Part shown: positions 26,797-40,400 of the stretch, one piece after another
Numbering within the stretch: position 1 is the stretch's first letter
Layout: each line of letters opens with the position of its first letter
Source: Lama guanicoe
Lineage: Eukaryota
Assembly (NCBI GenBank): GCA_013239625.1
Contig: MU053652.1
Span: 7,835,027 to 7,899,026 of the forward strand
Direction: 5' to 3'
Length of the DNA stretch: 64,000 nucleotides
Notes under the pieces: generated by a model
What the model saw: the letters and a program-made list of their open reading frames with translations, nothing else
Told to the model about the DNA's origin: nothing
The model's database searches: none
Program-made: the position numbers and the translations under genes

Positions 26797-29700
26797 GCTC
26801 TATTCTGACACATGGGCATTAAGGGCTAATTGTAGGTTGTGTCGTTATCTACGGTGAAGAGAACTAGCAGTGGTTGATGGTTTATTAGATGTTCACTAGG
26901 AACACAGAAGATAGGCTTGAAGAAATTGATTAGTGTTATTATGCACCACAGAAGTCGGCACACAATATCACTACATTATTTATTATATGTGGGAAAACAT
27001 GCTGTAGAGTAATAGGCCTTCTCTGATCGTAAACAGTGCAAAACTCTATAGTTACAACAATAAAAGTATCTAGAGGGACTCGATATGAAAAAGATGCTTT
27101 GGTCGTTCGTTTTTATTTCCTTGACCATGTGTTAATTTTGGTGATTTATTCAACCAATGTTAAACAACTCAGGAAGCTAGACTTTACCTATTCAACTTCA
27201 GATCATTTTTTCTTATATTTTTTAAACCCTTCAATTCCACTGTATTTTATCCAATTGTACTCTTTTTGTACTCAAATTAACTTCTGACCTTTTATTTAAA
27301 GTTCTTCAATGTTTATGACATTGTTTTTAGTCTGATTCTTCCTCACACTTCCCTATTATAAATTCTTTCTCAAATGGTATTTCTTTCTTTGAATCTTGTG
27401 CAACTATCCTGGTGTGTTTACAACACAAAATAAGGAAATCTCAGTGCAATATAACAGAAGCCAGAATGGAGCAGAAGTTACACTCTCAGATTCCAGGGCC
27501 AGTTACCATCATCAGCACACTAGAGAAAGTTTCACTGTCTCCACCTATTCAATTTTTATTTGTCTTGTTTTAATTTGCCTTTACAGCATATCACAACACT
27601 ATCCTTTTAAGGGGTGACAAAAGTATGATGATAAATAATGATAGCATTTTATGTATCCAAATATAGCACTGATGTCTCTTCTTTATGAGCTGAAGTCTCA
27701 GCTTTCGAAAATTGTACCTGTGAACTTAAATCCTAATGTTTAAATCTGTGAAGACGAGATGGAATTTTGCCCACTCCTCCTTCCTCCACACCCCTCGGCA
27801 ACTTGATAGCCCTCTGATGATGGTTTCACCCAGGAGAGATTTTCTAACCAGCATGGCAATCCCTCTGACCTGGACCGCTCTCTCAGCACTCTGCTGACTG
27901 ACTCTGCTCAGCACTATAGCCTCACTTCCTGGTACTCCGTGGATTCATGCCTGAGTTTGCAGCACCCTTTAGCATGGCAACTAATGTTCCCTACCTGAAA
28001 TATCCCTGTCAACCTGCAGTAAACTTAGCTATAAACTGTCCAACCCATTGCAATTGAGCAATCTGAAAAGACTGTGGCACATGAAGAAAGCAGGAGCTGG
28101 TGAAATTATGTTTGTATTTTTTTTTTCACGTTTTAGGTTTGGATCTTTTATGATTAGCTCCCTAGATATCTCATATCTCGTAAAGCACTAGGCTTCTTCT
28201 TCAGGTACACCTGCTGGATGAATGATAAAAGTTCTTAGTGTTGCAGCTGAATGTGCCTGTCAGCCTGATCTCCACCAGGTTTCAATAACAAATAGTATGT
28301 ATTATAGTGTGACCAAGGAATTATGCTTTGTTTCTTAAACAAATTATAGTAAGCTGTTGAGACACCAAATACAGTAGTCATTAATTTGAATGCATTTGAA
28401 AAAGATCATCATAGAACTTGTTCTCTACTTTGGTTGCCCATTCACATGATACGAGAAGTGTGTTGCACTTGGATATTAGTAAAGAAAGCTGAGTTTCCGC
28501 ATTAATTATAGTAACATACACCAACCACAAATGTGAAGTAAATGCTTTCTCATACAATGAATTTTTAGTTTTCCCTAAAAAATAAGTTTATTTGCCCAAG
28601 ACCATTAATTGCATTCTGATTACACAAGCCATATAGCTTGGAAATATTTTGAAATAAATTTTGGTTTCCAAATGCAACCTTGAGAGAATCTCCTAATACA
28701 ATAAGGAAATTCGGAAGTGTTCCAGTCACAGTTCTGGGCTGGACTAAGGATGCAGTAAGGTTATTCTGGAATACCTATGACAAAGGGAGAGCAATTCGAA
28801 CTGAGGATAATAGTCAATTCTTGAACTGCCCAATATAGTATGTCTAAGAAAGAGTGTTCCTTGAAGAGTGGGATTTAATTTTTTATCAAACATGCTTGAT
28901 AAGAGGGAACATGGGATTCATTCATCTGGATCTATTGTGAACACTGGACCAACGCTTAGGTGAAAAGCTTCATTCTGTGAAATAGATAACTGGAGATTGC
29001 TCCTGTTAGAAATTCACAGCATGTGCAATTCTACTATATGTAGAAAAATTCAAGGAATGTGCTAAATTAAGGAGACTAAGTTTCAACAAGCAAGTAATTA
29101 TAGATGTTATAAATATAACTTCAATTACTAAATTAGCTAAAGGTTTTCCCCAAGGAAAAATCAGGTTTATTACTAAGAAAATAAGCTATATATCATGATT
29201 CTCAAAAACAAAGAATATGAACCCTGAATCTCTGCATATAAATTTTTTACAACTTGTTATTTTTTTAAGTTTTCTTAACTTTCTCCATTTAATACCTTTT
29301 CAAATCTTTGCTCCTGACTCCACTTAAACATTAAGAATCTATGAATACTTCAATGAGAGACCCTCTTTCTGTCATCAAACTGAATTCTAATTTACAGACA
29401 AGGCTGAAATAAATCACGTGACTAAACTCTCTCGGGTATTTCTACAATGTCAGTATTTATCAGTAAGCTAAGTACCTCAGTTAACAATGGTTCTAAGTTA
29501 GAGTTAGTTCCTCAGGAAATGAAGAAGTTGAAGATATTCATTTTCATGTCCTAAGCTATCCTATTCAAGTCATTTTTCAAAATTTTTCAGGATTTTTCGA
29601 ATTTTTCACTTTACGTTTGATGTATTTAGCCACTGAAGTAGACAGCTTTTGTTCTCCATCATTAGGAAATTTCTCAACTTTAAGATTTCCTCTCTCCAAT

Positions 29701-30692
29701 GGATTAAATAATTTAAGATTTATCTTTCTCATATTGTTTTGGTACTTATTCTTTCTTTCCTGGAAAATCTAAGTCTATCTATCTGTATGTTTATGTATGT
29801 TTATATCCTCTTCCTGATGATTGATTTTCTTATTTGAAGTGGCTGTTGACTTTCATCTCTAAATACTCAGTCTCTTTATTAGTATTTGGAAAGAAAGTTT
29901 AAAACCTATTCTTATGACCAAAAAAATAAGCATCCTCTGAACTATCTTAAATGTCATATACTTCCTAAAAGTGCAATGCTTGTTCCAAATAACATTCCTC
30001 TAATACTGCCCAATATAATAGGAATGGTAACTACAGAACATATCTTTTAAAATAGACTTTATTAAAGACTGTACAAAAATACAATTTTTATTACATAAAG
30101 AAATGCACTTACATTCTAAAGAAAAACATTTAGATGTATCAAGTTTGCTTGAGGGATTCTTCATAGCTATCAATTATTAAAAAAAATTAGAATTGTGCCT
30201 CTCTCATAAAGCCACGTGTTCTCTGGCTTATCCACAGTTAGTTTACTAACCTGCTTCAGGAAATACATTTTGATACCACTGTAAGTTAAGTATTAGGTTA
30301 TGATAACCCAACATACTGCAAAAAGCTACTTTTCAGAGAAATTGCACATAGAGAAGAGAAATGAAACAAGTCTTGAATAGTTATTAACATGAGAATCGTT
30401 CTCCAATACAAATTTATAATACATAAAAAATAAACTGGAATTTAAGTTCTATCTGTCAGCGACAAATGTATTTTTTTAGGATGTTAGCATCCTAAAAGCA
30501 AGCTCATAAAAGCAAGCTCACGTTTTGAAAGGTACTGCATTTGAAAAGTAAATAAAGTAAGTTAGGCCAGAAAAGAAATTGGGATACCTCAAGAAATGAA
30601 ACAAAATTAGTTTTCCTCTCCCTTCCCTGCAAAAGCTCATTTCTGAAAACAGTCCTTAAAATTGTTCAAACAAAATAAAAAGTGTATTTTAC

Positions 30693-30726
30693 CTTTGCTT
30701 TTGTTTGCTGCCGGTCCTTTAGTCAC
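30693..30726 (-). other. HYAL4: Probable non-coding 5'UTR exon of HYAL4 (34 nt)
   Basis: Minus strand reads tgctaaac (branch-like) ctctgctttgtatcag|GTGACTAAAGGACCGGCAGCAAACAAAAGCAAAG|gtaaaat. Canonical sites; resembles the HYAL4 leader as I recall it; no transcript evidence. Confidence 0.5.
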
Positions 30727-30847
30727 CTGATACAAAGCAGAGGTTTAGCAGCAAGAGGATTCCCTGTGGCTGTTCAGAGAAACATGTTATTACAGAGGTG
30801 ACTCAGTCCTCCAAGTTCAACTGGAGACTGGCATTACATCTCTCTGG

Positions 30848-32050
30848 TTTTTTTTGGGGTTTTTTTGAGTTATAGTCAGTTTACAATGTTGTGTCAACTT
30901 CTGGTATACAGCACAATTTTTCAGTCATACATGAATACACATACATTTATTTTCCTATTCTTTTTCACTGTGAGCTACTACAACATCTTGAATATATTTC
31001 CCTGTGCTATACAGTATTTACTTGTTAATCTATTCTATATACACTTGTCAATATCTACAAATCTCAAACTCCCAGTCTGTCCCTTCCCACCCCTCTTTCC
31101 CTTGGCAACCAAAAGATTGTATTCTATGTCTGTGATTCTGTTTCTGTTTTATGTTTAAGTTCATTTGTCTTCTTTCTTTTTAGATTCCACATATGAGTGA
31201 TATGGTAGGGCATTTTTCTTTCTCTTTCTGGCTTACATCACTTAGAATGATATTTTCCAGAGACATCCATGTTGCTGCAAATGGCATTATGTTGTCATTT
31301 TTATGGCTGAATAGTATTCCATTGTATAAATATACCACATCTTCTTTATCCAGTCATCTTTCGATGGACATTTAGGTTGTTTCCATGTCTTGGCTATTGT
31401 AAATAGTGCTGCTGTGAACACTGGAGTTCAGGTGTCTTTTTGAATTAGGGTTCCTTCTGGATATATGCCCAGGAATGGGATTGCTGGGTCATATAGTAAG
31501 TCTATTTTCAGTCTTTTGAGGAATCTCCATACTGTTTTCCACAGTGGCTGCACCAAACTGCATTCCCACCAACAGTGTAGGAGGGTTCCCTTTTCTCCAC
31601 ACCTTCTCCAGCATTTATCATTTGTAGATTTTTGAATGATGGCCATTCTGAGTGGTTTGAGGTGATACTTCATTATAGTTTTGATTTACATTTCTCTGAT
31701 AATTAGTGATGTTTAGCATTTTTTATGTGCCTATTGATCATTCATATGTCTTCAATGGAGAATTGCTTGTTTAGGTCTTTTGCCCATTTTTGGATTGGGT
31801 TGTTTTATTTTTCTTATTAAGTCATATGAGCTGTTTATACATTCTGGAGATCAAGCCTTTGTCAGTTTCATCTTTTGCAAATATTTTCTCCCATTCTGTA
31901 AGGTTGCCTTTTTGTTTTGCTTATGGTTTCCTTTGCTTTGCAAAAGCTTGTAAGTTTAATTAGGTTCCATTTGTTTATTTTTGCTTTTATTTCTATTGCT
32001 TGGGTAGACTGCCCTAGGAGAATATTGCTGAGATGTATGTAAGTTAATGT
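30848..32050 (-). mobile_element. LINE-1 3' end (ORF2 C-terminus, 3'UTR, A-rich tail)
   Basis: Minus-strand peptide [34 protein letters not shown]...YDPAIP; L1 3'UTR; T-rich tail at ~30848-30866. Confidence 0.92.
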
Positions 32051-34207
32051 TTATAACCGAAGTCAGACTCTCTTAAAAGCACATTGGTGTAAGTGACCAT
32101 TGCTTTCTGAAAATACCCAATTTAAATTCACTGACTTGAGAAGAAAGAAAGAAAACTTTGATTGAGACTTCAGCTGGAAAATAGAGAGGTAAAAATGATG
32201 GTACATTTAAAAGATTTCCTAGGGTGCTACCCTTGATGATAATGTAATAATTAACTGTTAGGGTGTTAGCTATCATCCTGAGTAGATACTTTAATTTACT
32301 AGAACCAATGGTTCAAGATGATGAACTGAGAACATGCATTTACTGTGTCATCTGCAGTACATGTCCTTAGAAAAAGTACAATGTAAAGCTGAAAACAAGA
32401 AGAGTGACATGACTCAAAGACCAAAACCAGATAGATTTGAATTAGAAAATTTTAAATAGTAGAAATTTACTTTGAAGGTATGAACCATCCCTTCCATTGG
32501 AGAGAGAAACCTTAAGCTCAGAGACAACAGATCCAAAACTCACAAGAGCATGGAGGACCATTACCATAGCAATCAATAACAATATTGCTACTCCACTGTG
32601 ACAGAACCAGTCAGACCATTCACCTTCCCAGAGTATGCAGAATGGAGGGTAAGAGAAACATTTGACCCCAGGTCATTTACAGAAAAACCTTCCCAGGTAG
32701 CGTTCAGAGTTTGGCTGTGGGACCAAATACAAAAGCAGAGCTAAACTGGATACAGCTGGGACTCCCCAGCAGGCAGAGAGGGGATGAAAAAGGAAAGGCT
32801 GCTGAGCCCTAGAGGGACTTGCACTTCTCTTCAATGATAATCTTCTCCTTACTTGGATGTTTGTCAGGGTTCCCACCAACCTGCCTGTTTTCACATGCTC
32901 CAGATGGAATCTTGCCAACATGCCTCAGCCCCCTTCACAGTCTACAACCCGTTCTCCCATTCAACCTAAGAGTCCTGTTGACTAAATATACCCAAACAAA
33001 TGCAGGAGGTTGGTGGGAGTTGGGGGGATCCCTATGACAGTTCTCAATCACTCTGGTCCTTCAGAAATACCAATGGATGGCCAAAGATCACATTACACAC
33101 ACAAGAAAGGAACTCTTTGGAATTAAAAATACGAGTGTCAGGGTATGGTGAAGACTAAACCAGTATTCTAGAAAAAAAAAACTGGACAAATCTATAATAC
33201 AAAGCAAAAAAGACAGAGGCTTAGAACACAGACAAGAAATGCAACACCGAGTATAGCTCTAGAAGAACTACGGTCCATCTAACAGTAGTTTCTTAAATCA
33301 ACAGGGAGAGTGAAAGAAAGGGAACCATTTGAAAAATAGTGAAAGGAAATTATCCTCAGCTGAAGACGAGAGTCTAAATTAGAAGAGCAAGCTAGACAGC
33401 TTTGTAAAGAATATCTCCAATAAACAAATAAACACAATGATGTGAATTTACCGAAGCCCAGAAACTATGGTTATGACATACTGCTTCTGAGATGAAGACA
33501 TATATCCCCTCTGATTTAAAAATGCGTGGTGAGGAACAGTTACAAGACTGGGAAAAACCAAGTATCTAATCAAATGTTTGTGTCCACATAAAGGGTACTG
33601 TGATATTTTTTGACAATTAATGGGAGGTAAGAAACAATGCTGCCCAAACAACAGACAAAATTCAGATAATTCAGGAACGAGATGGTCATTTTTACCGTTT
33701 CTAACAGATACTACCAATCATTTTAGAAAGTATGTTTCCTTTACTGAAGTGGTTTGTAGAATTTATAAGCTACTTTGCTTACATTTGTATCTTTTATTAA
33801 TGTCTCTAGAAAATTATCATAAGCATGGGAATGGAGTTTAAATTTTGATCTTTTATGTAAGAAAAATAGAGATGTATATGTTTGTCCTTGGATTAGACGT
33901 AATTGATGACTTCTTACTTTTGTGAGACAGTTGACTGAGCACAATGGTCTGGAAACCCAAACTTAAGCAAGTCAAAATAAATAACAAAAATTTAATGTTT
34001 TCCATAATCTGTTTTTAACTCAAATAGATTTTTTTTAACAAACAAAAAAAATGGAAGAATCTGTTAGTAAGAATCTATTCTTTTGGTTGCTATTAACTTT
34101 AAGTGAAATAAAATTTAACATTTTTTATTTGGAAAAAGTTAAGTGATTATTTGTGGGTAATAGGATTGGGGAGTTTCCTAGTTTCTTCTGTGTATTTTCA
34201 ATGTGTT

Positions 34208-34208
34208 T

Positions 34209-34239
<31 letters not shown>

Positions 34240-34243
34240 TTTT
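34208..34243. repeat. (TC)n plus poly-T tract
   Basis: Read directly from the sequence. Confidence 0.9.
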
Positions 34244-35529
34244 CCATCTACCTTAATCCTTGACTATTTTGGAGATACTGTGGATTTAAATAGTGGAGCG
34301 CAGTGATGTGTATTCTGTCCTTTCTAGATTTCCTGATTGGTGGGTAAAATTAGCTATATCTCTCATTCTCTCCATATCTTAATCTTCAAAATGGTGACAA
34401 TATTTATTAATATTTGCCTTACTGGAATTCATCGCATATCAAAACTCATCTAATAATCATTAAAAAAACTTATCACTGTAAAGATAGAAGGAGCTATTCT
34501 TTTCCAATAGTCATGGCTTATTTTACAACCTTAACAGTTGTAAAAACAGTTCTTGCTTGGGCACAAGAATCTAATTACTGTAATCACAGCCTTGGTGCAG
34601 CAAGATACCAAAAAAATAGGGGATCTTAGCAAACAGCCCCCAGTTTAGCTCACTAGATTTCACTGCTTCTTTAACTTTTACTTCTCTTGAAAATGAATAA
34701 ATGAATAGACAAAGAAATGAACTGAAGTCTGAATCTGAGTGTGATCTACTTACCAGCGTTCTATATGCCTGGATAAAGTGCATATGAAAGTGCAATATTT
34801 GGACAGTATCAGTCAGGAAAATAGCTTCCCTGACCTAAGAAGGGAAACGGCATTTGAGATCCTAGAATCTCTTTTGAGTCTTTATGAAAGAAAATGATCT
34901 GGATTATAACCAGGTCAGATCAAGGGGCCCTACGAAATTTTCAAATGACTTGCCATGCATTAAGAGCTAAAAGGAAATCAATTGCTTAGATACGGTATAC
35001 TGTAATAAGCCAGCAAATGTCACATCAAAGAAGTTCCTATATAAATGCCATCTTATGGGAGTCTAAACGGACTTAACCTTCTGATATTGACAATGGCCAA
35101 GGGAATTTCCAAGAGCCCGAGTGACACTTTGGATAAAAATCGATAATATACAGCATTCAGTATAAATTTCCTCTCACCCCATGACTCTGTATTCTGGGGT
35201 CACTTTTATCATTTAGGAACTTCCAATCCCTGGAGTGGTAACAGCTGTAACACAATGGTTGCCTTCTTTAGCTCCAGTGTTATTTTGTGACCCATGTCCC
35301 ACATGACTCTTATAAATTTCCCAATTTTCTATTAACAGATGGAGTCTCAAGACCGCTGTAGCAACGCCTAATCATAATAGATGCTCTTGTTATCTAATTT
35401 GTGTGTATTTATTTTTAAAAATAGTAAAATATAGATAAGTCTTATTTGACCCACTTTCCTCTGGAAATTTCTCTTAAATTATTTTTTTTAAAGTTACCTT
35501 TAATCCGACTCTTAGTTCAAATAGAGCTA

Positions 35530-36040
35530 ATTAATGACCTGGCTCCCCACTTCCCTCACTCATCCTCCTGCGTCAGCCACACTGGGCTTCTTGAGGTCCT
35601 GAAATCCTTCAAACCTGCTCTCAGTTACAGGCTTTTGCATTTGCTCTTCCCTAATCCAAGAATGCTCTTCTCAGACGTAATTGTGACCTGCATCTCATTA
35701 GGGAGCCATATCTGACGACCCTCGGTACAATTTCCAGGGAGGAATGCTCTTCTCAGACGTAATTGTGACCTGCTCCTCCTGCCTTCAGAGCATCTCATTA
35801 GGGAGCCATATCTGACGACCCTCGGTACAATTTCCAGGGCTCTCTCATCCCTTCAGTCTGCTTTATTATTCTCCACAGCACTTAGCATCATTTGATATAT
35901 ATGTGTTTGTCTGCTTTTAATTGTTTGTTTTCCCACAAGAATTTAAGTTCTCCAAGGACAGAGACTGCTACGTTCACATCCTTACCCTTAGTGCCTAGCA
36001 TGAGGTAAGCACCCAATACATAATTGCTCTATCAACGAAT
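35530..36040 (+). mobile_element. L2 3' fragment downstream of HYAL6
   Basis: cagccacactgg...ttttgcatttgctcttccc...agtgcctagca...taagcacccaataca...aacgaatg. Confidence 0.65.
35660..35839. repeat. Tandem duplication, 80 bp and 98 bp copies
   Basis: 35660-35739 matches 35742-35839 except that copy 1 lacks the 18 bp at 35773-35790. Confidence 0.95.
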
Positions 36041-36133
36041 GGAGCCAAGTACCCTTTTTTTTTAAACTTTAATGTCAACCAATATTATAGCAGTAGATTG
36101 AAGTATAAGAGGAAAAACAACATTTTCTGCTCT

Positions 36134-36283
36134 TCAGTATTTCAAGGAAAAATTGACATTGTAGTAGGGGGTAAAATAATTCAACAGAGTCACAGATAAA
36201 GTCATACTGAGAAAAACTGATAAATTAAAGTTAGCCACAGGCGCCCTATTCTTCCCGCTCAAAAACTGTGGAGAGTGTTCCCG
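36134..36283 (-). pseudogene. HYAL6: Ancestral HYAL6 C-terminal coding segment beyond the in-frame TGA (49 codons plus stop)
   Basis: Frame stays open: REHSPQFLSGKNRAPVANFNLSVFLSMTLSVTLLNYFTPYYNVNFSLKY, then TGA at 36136-36134. Contains a hydrophobic stretch analogous to the HYAL4 tail. Confidence 0.8.
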
Positions 36284-36580
36284 TCAAGACTCTCCATGCC
36301 AGCTCTCATAGCAGTGACACACAAACCCACCCTTCATGTCCTTTATTGTCCTCAGTTTATTGCCTGGAGACACGGTGAATCGCAAGCTCTTATTTAGGAC
36401 GTATTTCTTACTGCTACTTTCAGGCATGTGCAGATAGGAGGCAGATTCGGGTCTTTTTCGAACGCATCTCCCATTGTTGTTACAGAGGCTTCGACTGCAG
36501 AGTTTGGCTGCCATGGTCACGTTAACAGCATAATGGCCCAATGGCCCTTGGATAAACTTCTTCACCGACAAGCAGGTCTC
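36284..36580 (-). CDS. HYAL6: HYAL6 last coding exon up to the premature TGA (spliced product 435 aa)
   Basis: Acceptor tttttcctacag|GAG. ETCLSVKKF...CSRSLCNNNGRC...CHCYESWHGES, then TGA at 36286-36284. Confidence 0.9.
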   Translation of the reverse strand, partial: ETCLSVKKFIQGPLGHYAVNVTMAAKLCSRSLCNNNGRCVRKRPESASYLHMPESSSKKYVLNKSLRFTVSPGNKLRTIKDMKGGFVCHCYESWHGES

Positions 36581-37345
36581 CTGTAGGAAAAACAGAGATC
36601 TATTTAGATCACTCTCATAATGTGATTCCACTATCCTGACGTTTTGTTTTTGGTAAGGCTGAGGAGAAAGAGCATTTCAGTGGATTAATCATTCGAATGA
36701 GAGACTAAGCCCTTATAAAGGCATATACGTGATGAGTTCTTAGAGACGCTCCTTAAAGAGGTATTTATAGTAACACTTCAGAAAGAAAACCATTAATATG
36801 GGATGTGTGCCTTACTATCAAGAGTAGATTGTTAATAAAAGTTTAGATACATATTTTTTCCCTCCAAGGAGCATTTCTGTTATTGATAATCAGAAAATGA
36901 ATCATTTTCGGGGAATCCATCCTCCTTCGTGTGAATGAAAGGCTATTTATTTTTTAAATTTAGTCCTTTTTTTCTTTGTCACATATATTATATCATTTAA
37001 TCTACCAAAATTCTTGCAGAGTAGATTTTATTTCAGTACTGTTCTTTGAGATGGAGAAACAGAGACTCAGGGAGGTTAATTAACTTGCTCAAGATTACAC
37101 CCCTAGAATGTAAAAATGTGAATTCTCAAGGTTGTCTGATTGGAAAACCTGCGCTCTTTTCTACACTGCTACCAACCACAGTGGCTATTACAGAGCAGGT
37201 GCTCGAACGATGTTAGTCCCTGTAGTCTCTGAGCTTTGTTAAAGTCAAGTGAACAGAAAATCAACAACCATTTCTCTCCGGCATGAAAAGTTAAAACAAA
37301 ACCCAGTATTTAGAATATGCTTGAGATGGAGAAATCATGGCTTAC

Positions 37346-37435
37346 CTTTGAATCAGAGTATTCATAGCCTCCCCACAGTATTACTCCTGCTGCCCCCAGC
37401 GCGACGCTTTCACCAATTGTATGTACTAAGTCCTC
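37346..37435 (-). CDS. HYAL6: HYAL6 coding exon 2 (90 nt, EDLVHTIGESVALGAAGVILWGGYEYSDSK)
   Basis: Manual translation. Acceptor ctcttttctag| and donor AAG|GTAAGC. Same size and phase as HYAL4 exon 2. Confidence 0.93.
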
Positions 37436-40400
37436 CTAGAAAAGAGAGGGAACACAAGTAGTTTCTGCCAAACCATATTCAGTCATTGACAATTCAGTAA
37501 TAATCTCAGCCCATCAGCTGTGGTAAAGAACACGTTGAGATCAATATGTTTGTTTCTAAAACAAAGGACTATAGAGCAGAACTGGAAAAGGTTATTCTGC
37601 CTGAGATACTTACATGATAAATATTTATGATGTTCCAGGCAATATCCTAGACACAGAGAATAAGAAAATGAAACAGATTCCAGTTCTTGTCCTTGGTGGG
37701 CTGCTTTAGTGTGATGATTGAGACAGACGTGTATAATTACAGTGCAATAAGTTAAATTCTACATTAGCACCTACAAGACATACATAAGATTAGAGGAAGT
37801 GCTTAGTGCTGCATAGAAGAGTCCGGGAAGGCTTCCTTCAAGAAGAGGAATTTCAGATGGGTCTTTGAAAATGAGTATAAATTGATAAAACAGACTAATG
37901 AGAACAGAGTTTGGTATCCAGTGGGAAGAGAAATGGCAGAGGCTCATGTGTAGGAAAAAGCATGGTCCATCCAAGAAGTGCCAGTAACTCTTATGGTAAA
38001 AAGCACAGAGGATTGGGGGAGAAATAAAAGCATCTCAATCCTTGTGTGTATGTGGGATCCAAAAATAAGAGTCTGCTATGCTATTTTATTTTATTATGCT
38101 ATTTTAAAGTATTAGGACTTAAGTACAAAAAAAGTTTTAGTACTGGAAAGCCACACATTTGTAACTTTGATAGGAATTTTTGGCTGTCCCAGAAAAAAAC
38201 ATATTGAAGGGGGAAGTCAAGATGGCAGGCAGAGACCCCACTTAGGAGATGACAGAAACTGTTCAGCGAGAAATGATGAGGGCCTCAACAAAGGCAAGGT
38301 GAGTTCTTACAAAGCAGAGGGGATGGATTGTAGAGTCATTTGGAAATTAAGATGGATAAGTGTTAGTTATCCATCTTAATCCAAGGGAAGGGAGGCATCC
38401 AACTGACTCTCAAGTTGGGAAAGTAAGTAGATTATAGTTCATCAAGATGAGAAATGGAAGAGGTTATGTTCATGATTATAGACCAAGAGCAGAGAAGCAG
38501 GAAATAAGGAGAGATGAAAGACAGAGGGAAAGATTGATGGATAGTCTACATTCTTTCCTTCCCTGCAAGATGTGGAGAATCAGGGATCCAGTGCAAAGGC
38601 AACGTGTTCAAAGGCCCAGATAAGAAAATGGCCATGCTCAGCAAAGCTCCCCTGCATTAAATGACATCTCCAGTAACACCAGCACTTGTGTTTCACAACT
38701 TGTCTAAGTAATAAAATGGGAAAGAAAATCACTTTTCCAATATACTAATTAGTATTGCATACCTTAAATGAAAATCAAGTCTCTTGTTTAAATTGAGGCA
38801 TTTCTGAAAGAAAATATCCAGCAGAGTTGGTTTTAAGTGATTTCATAATTATAATACGAATAACATAATAAATGGTATGATAATGTAATGTTTAGACAGT
38901 AAGTGAGAAAGATCCATGGTATCTGTTGATCTGTGAAACATGCAGGGCAACAGGATAGTATTAAAACACTTCATTATAATATTACTCAGGTAATTCTATA
39001 GTTTTCATTTTCTGAAGTAGAGCTCAGAGGCAATACTTAGCCCATAATTTACTTTGAAAATCAAATAGTACAAAAAAAGGGACGGTTACAACATTAAAAT
39101 ATGGTTTATCTCATTCTTTCACTTTCTATCAAGACAAACTATCTGACTACATGGATTAGTGTTATTTTCTACTCTTATTATTACTAATAGCATATTGCAT
39201 CTGACACATGGTAGGCACTCAATGAAAAATTTTTAAATGAATAAATATAAATAAATAGTCTTTTTCCCAAAAGGATTTGAGAAAGTGACATGGTTTGAGA
39301 GATCTGTTTCGTGAGGAATAACTTATCAAGAAGACTTTGTAGGTATGACTGACTAACATCTTTAAATACCTGGAGAACTAACTTTCGAAAGAAGGATTTG
39401 ATTTATTCTATGTTGCACTGTAAATTAGAATTAGAACTAGTAGTGGTATGATGTTATCCAGAAGCAGAGTAGACTCAACACACTCAATAACTTTCTAGAA
39501 ATTAAGATTGTTCCCAAAAGGCAGTTTTCCTTCTGCAATAGGGAGACCCCCATCAAAAGATGCTAAAGCAGAGCTCAGGTAAGAAATGTTTGGATGAGTG
39601 GTGGATTAGATATCTCTGAGATCCTCCAACTTTTTGTCATAGTGCTATGATTCTTTTCCTCCTAAATTTCTTGAATGAACATTCCATTTTGAATAATACA
39701 GAGTAATCCTGCAATCATAGAAATGTCAGGTCTAATCAATCAGTGTTTGGGTCAATAGATTTTATTCTAAAATTTTTGAGGAAGAATTGATACTGAGCTT
39801 AAATGTCTTTATCTCAAACACATGTGATCTAAGAAGATGAACTGTATGTTATCCATCCAATGGCCTTTCTTCTGTGTTGGGTACTGTAATAACAGGATTG
39901 TGAGTTCACAGGTATGGAGGGAGATCAAAGGGCTTTCTCACCCAGCCACCCATTCAATGAGTGAATCCCTACAACAAGGTCCTGTCTAAATGACAATCTA
40001 GCTTAAGTTTGAACACTTCTAAGTGTCTATAAATTCATTAACTTCCAAACAAGCTCATTCCCACATCTTTGTGCTTCCCAACTTGTGTTAGGTCTAAGGG
40101 TAATAACCTACCTATTTATACAGATCACTTTTAATGCCTTGACACTCACCGCTAGATCACACTGTGGACTCTTAGAGATAAAATTAACAGAATCTATGTT
40201 ATTTTTCAATTAATCTAATCAACCAAAGCAAAAGTGCTATATACTGAAAATATCATTGGTTAATAATTTACCCAAGCTCTATTTTACACATTTTTGATTT
40301 AGTAATTTGCTGCTACTCTTTCATATTAAAAAGCTGATTCTGAAATTTCCCCCTGGTTAAAATTAATCTATCTGTTACATGATTTAACTTAAGCTTAACA

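Noticed and set aside
36000..36290. Selenocysteine recoding of the HYAL6 Cys-to-UGA codon
   Set aside because: No SECIS-like AUGA...GA stem-loop seen by eye in the short unique 3' region before the L2, and hyaluronidases are not known selenoproteins. A SECISearch run would be decisive.
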